A stretch of 63,365 nucleotides of DNA, filler included. It is 5 parts of 5 records of this genome, joined end to end, with 100 filler letters (N's around TTAATTAATTAA, not from the genome) between each part and the next. Parts side by side here need not be neighbours in the genome. Positions count along the whole stretch, not along the records: positions 37,296 to 63,365 come from SRR2962707_2439; 4 more parts are not named here. One strand, 5' to 3'. The notes beneath the pieces were generated by a model. It was given only the letters and a program-made list of their open reading frames with translations. It was not told where the DNA came from and did no database searches. The first letter of the stretch is position 1; every line of letters begins with the position of its first letter. Positions 60,401 to 63,365 of this stretch are shown here, piece after piece. The translations under genes were made by a program, and so were the position numbers.

Positions 60401-61585
60401 ATGCAGGCCATACCGACTTCCCCTGAACGGGCGTCTGCCAGCCTCAGCCAACTCTTTTCCTATCCTTTCCGGATTTTTTTCCTGTCCATGACGGTACTGG
60501 CCATTGTTGCCATCCCGGTATGGGTCCTGGAAGTCACCGGCGTGGTTCAACTGCCACTGGCCCTGCCCGCCCTGTTCTGGCACCAGCATGAAATGCTGTT
60601 CGGATTTTTGTCGGCAGCCATCGCAGGCTTTCTGCTCACCGCCGTGTGCGTCTGGACCCAGACCAACCGAACCCACGGTGCACTGCTTGCAGGTCTCTGG
60701 AGCGTCTGGCTGGCCGGTCGCCTGTTGCTGGCCTTTGGCGGCAACCTTCCGGACTGGCTGGTACAGGGCGTAAATCTGGCGTTCCTGCCCCTGGTGATGA
60801 TCGATGCCGGCTGGCGAGTGTGGAAGGCCCGCCAGAAGCGGCAGCTGATGATTCTGCTGGTCCTCGGACTGCTCTGGCTGATGCAGATCGGCTTTGTTAC
60901 CCGCCTGGATATGGCGTTCAGCTACGGAGCACTGATCATGGCCATGGCGCTGATCAGCATCATCGGAGGCCGGATTACCCCTGCGTTCTCAGCCGGATGG
61001 CTTCGCCAACGAGGCGGCAATGCCGAGGCAGTCAAGATGATTCCGGCACTGGATATGGCGGCACTGTTCTCCATGATCCTGCTGATGGCATCCCTGGTGA
61101 CTGGCTGGCAAACCGTCACCGCCGTCATTGCTGTGGTTGCTGCATCGTTGATGCTGGTGCGCCTGTATAACTGGAAAGGCTGGCTGGTGCGCAAAGATCC
61201 CTTGCTCTGGATTCTGCACCTGTCCATTCTCTGGGTGCCGGTTGCACTGATCCTGCTGGCAGGCTCTTTGGTGGCCGGATGGCCAACCAATGCCTGGAGC
61301 CATGCCGCCGGTACCGGCGCCATCGGCTGCCTGATTCTGGGCGTGATTGCTCGCGTGTCACTGGGCCACACCGGCCGCCCTCTGGTGCTGCCAAAGGGCA
61401 TGGTTCTCGCGTTTGTAGCCATACAACTGGCTGCGGTTGTTCGAGTGTTGACTGCCTTGAACCTGATTCCCTGGCACCCCGGCATTGGCACCAGCACCCT
61501 GCTGTGGATACTGGCCTATGGCCTGTTTCTCGTACGTTACACTGGCATTCTGGCCAGCCCCCGGCCCGACGGGCGCGAAGGCTGA
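60401..61585 (+). CDS. nnrS: NnrS protein
   Basis: PFRIFF, WHQHEMLFGF, GFLLTAV..WT, GGRITPAF, LWILH, RVSLGHTGR. Confidence 0.92.
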   Translation: MQAIPTSPERASASLSQLFSYPFRIFFLSMTVLAIVAIPVWVLEVTGVVQLPLALPALFWHQHEMLFGFLSAAIAGFLLTAVCVWTQTNRTHGALLAGLWSVWLAGRLLLAFGGNLPDWLVQGVNLAFLPLVMIDAGWRVWKARQKRQLMILLVLGLLWLMQIGFVTRLDMAFSYGALIMAMALISIIGGRITPAFSAGWLRQRGGNAEAVKMIPALDMAALFSMILLMASLVTGWQTVTAVIAVVAASLMLVRLYNWKGWLVRKDPLLWILHLSILWVPVALILLAGSLVAGWPTNAWSHAAGTGAIGCLILGVIARVSLGHTGRPLVLPKGMVLAFVAIQLAAVVRVLTALNLIPWHPGIGTSTLLWILAYGLFLVRYTGILASPRPDGREG

Positions 61586-61601
61586 TCCGGTTGCAGATAC
61601 A

Positions 61602-61636
61602 AAAGGCCGGCTCGGGGCGTAACCGAGCCGGCCTTT
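61602..61636. terminator. Bidirectional intrinsic terminator
   Basis: AAAGGCCGGCTCGG-N7-CCGAGCCGGCCTTT between convergent genes. Confidence 0.85.
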
Positions 61637-61656
61637 CTGTTTTCAGCGACAGAACT

Positions 61657-62172
61657 TTAAGCCGCCAGCTTCTCTTTTAGCAGCTTTTCAAAATGGGACC
61701 GCGCCGCACGGAACCGGGCAGCCGGAAAGTGAATGCTGATACCTTCCAGTGCCGCCATCAGCATTTCCAGATGGGCATCCCAGCCGGCGCAGGCAATGGG
61801 CACCACCTCATCGTCCGGTAACGACAGCGTCAGGCAAAGCCGGGTACAGACTCCTTCCCGCAGCAATTCCCAGGTCAGCGGCCGCTCGGGGGCATCGCCG
61901 GAACTCCAGGAGTAGGACAACAGCCGGTGAGGCCGGCAGGCGGTAATGGTACAGTCGATTGGCATGCCACTGTTGCCAAAATCCAGCTGAACCCGGCCAC
62001 CTTCACGAGCCTCCAGAGACCCGGCAGCCAACCAGTTGGCCAAATGCACCGAATCGGTCAGCATATTCCAGACAGCCTCCGGAGGATGTTCCAGCAACCG
62101 TTCCAGGTGTACCAATACCCGACCCGCCTCAAACCGGATTTGTCCATCGATGAATTCCTCATCCGCAGACAT
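61657..62172 (-). CDS. SRPBCC/AHSA1-like domain protein
   Basis: ERLLEHPPEAVWNMLTD, LLSYSW, AGWDAHL; RBS GGAGGG. Confidence 0.85.
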   Translation of the reverse strand: MSADEEFIDGQIRFEAGRVLVHLERLLEHPPEAVWNMLTDSVHLANWLAAGSLEAREGGRVQLDFGNSGMPIDCTITACRPHRLLSYSWSSGDAPERPLTWELLREGVCTRLCLTLSLPDDEVVPIACAGWDAHLEMLMAALEGISIHFPAARFRAARSHFEKLLKEKLAA

Positions 62173-62238
62173 AGGCCCTCCCAAATATGGCGAACTTCAC
62201 AGATTCGACGAAAGTATCAAACCGGACAAAAATTGGCC

Positions 62239-62252
62239 TTGATGACCATCAA
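62239..62252. promoter_or_regulatory. FNR/DNR box between the SRPBCC gene and fabA
   Basis: Perfect TTGAT-GACC-ATCAA. Confidence 0.75.
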
Positions 62253-62373
62253 CCGGCTCTGGCTGCGGGTCCGGAGAACTTCTGGGCGGCAATCATCCAC
62301 TAAAGGTCAATAGCCGTTCCCAGAACAGGCGCTAAAGTAGAAGAAATCATTTTGCAACAGAGACACAGGCAAC

Positions 62374-62883
62374 ATGTATCCTGATCACTTTGACAAAGAA
62401 GACCTGATCCGCTGCGGCCACGGCCAGCTGTTCCCGGGCGCCATGCGCCTGCCCATCGACGAAATGCTGATGGTCGACCGTATTACCCATATCGGAGCCG
62501 ATGACGGCGAATATGGCAAAGGCAGCCTGGTGGCGGAACTGGATATCAACCCGGATCTCTGGTTTTTCAAAGTGCATTTTGAGGGCGACCCGGTAATGCC
62601 CGGCTGCCTCGGCCTGGATGCCATGTGGCAGTTGGTTGGCTTCTTCCTGGCCTGGAGTGGCGGTGAAGGCAAGGGGCGTGCCCTGGGGGCCGGAGAGGTG
62701 AAGTTTTTCGGACAGGTTTTGCCGGAAAACAAAAAGGTCACCTACTATCTGGATATCAAGCGGTTGATTCGCCGCAAACTGACCATGGCCATCGCAGATG
62801 CCCGTATGGAAGTGGACGGGCGGGAAATCTACACCGCCAAAGACCTTCGGGTCGGCCTGTTCACATCGACTGATGACTTTTAG
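62374..62883 (+). CDS. fabA: 3-hydroxydecanoyl-ACP dehydratase/isomerase
   Basis: [37 protein letters not shown]. Confidence 0.96.
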   Translation: MYPDHFDKEDLIRCGHGQLFPGAMRLPIDEMLMVDRITHIGADDGEYGKGSLVAELDINPDLWFFKVHFEGDPVMPGCLGLDAMWQLVGFFLAWSGGEGKGRALGAGEVKFFGQVLPENKKVTYYLDIKRLIRRKLTMAIADARMEVDGREIYTAKDLRVGLFTSTDDF

Positions 62884-62894
62884 GAGTTAGCACA

Positions 62895-63365
62895 ATGCGT
62901 CGCGTTGTAGTTACCGGCATGGGGATCGTCTCCAGCCTTGGAACCAACCAGAAAGAAGTGGCCCAGTCACTTCGCGAATCCCGTTCTGGCATTGCCTTCA
63001 GCGAAGAAGCCCGGGACAACGGCCTGCGCAGCCACGTCGCCGGCAAGATCGACCTGAACCTGTCAGAACTGATCGACCGCAAGATCTGGCGCTTTATGAG
63101 CCCGGCCGCCGGCTACTGCTACCTGGCCGCCAAAGAGGCCATTGAGCAGGCTGGCCTGACCGACGAACAGCTGCGTGCAAACACCACCGGCGCCGTATTT
63201 GGTACTGGTGGTGCTTCCACCGTCGAACTGCTGGATGCCATCGACACTCACCGCGACAAAGGCCTTCGCCGGGTGGGCCCGTACCGGGTACCCCGCACCA
63301 TGGGTAGCGCCATCAACGCATCCATCACCACCGCCTTTGGCATTACCGGCATCAACTACGGCATC
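62895..63365 (+). CDS. fabB: Beta-ketoacyl-ACP synthase I (3' truncated, absent from ORF track)
   Basis: MRRVVVTGMGIVSSLG...GLRSHVAG...IDRKIWRFM...VGPYRVPRTM; RBS AGGAG; follows fabA. Confidence 0.93.
   Translation, partial: MRRVVVTGMGIVSSLGTNQKEVAQSLRESRSGIAFSEEARDNGLRSHVAGKIDLNLSELIDRKIWRFMSPAAGYCYLAAKEAIEQAGLTDEQLRANTTGAVFGTGGASTVELLDAIDTHRDKGLRRVGPYRVPRTMGSAINASITTAFGITGINYGI

Overview
This window is not one genome. It joins five unrelated contigs with artificial 100-nt spacers (N44-TTAATTAATTAA-N44), as expected of a mixed culture or metagenome assembly. (1) 1-6149 is a microbial eukaryote: a p24/GOLD cargo-receptor gene converges on a spliced xanthine dehydrogenase with 8 exons and 7 introns, one probably GC-AG. 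(2) 6250-15612 is Marinobacter-like: acs, a fatty acyl-CoA reductase, an extended MinD/FleN-type ATPase divergent from an HDOD histidine kinase and a REC-PAS-GGDEF-EAL protein. (3) 15713-23509 is a gammaproteobacterium, possibly Alcanivorax-like: AraC with a Baeyer-Villiger monooxygenase/esterase/SDR operon, a 3D-domain gene, an SDR, acpH and DegV. (4) 23610-37195 is Rhizobiales-like: marR, gnd, fixGHIS and ccoOQP, with a ~5 kb block between ccoP and fixG encoding DMSP demethylase DmdA, a HupE/UreJ-DUF4198 pair and an uncharacterised secreted protein with a C-terminal CxxCH motif. (5) 37296-63365 is Marinobacter-like: the cd1 nitrite reductase and heme d1 cluster, three NarK transporters, two NnrS, a BacNav channel with a TFEDWTD filter, fabAB and many FNR/DNR boxes. 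The best candidate for an undescribed system is the dmdA/metal-uptake/CxxCH block inside the cbb3 oxidase locus. Assignments come from motif recognition and recalled family knowledge; no searches were run and taxonomic labels are inferences.
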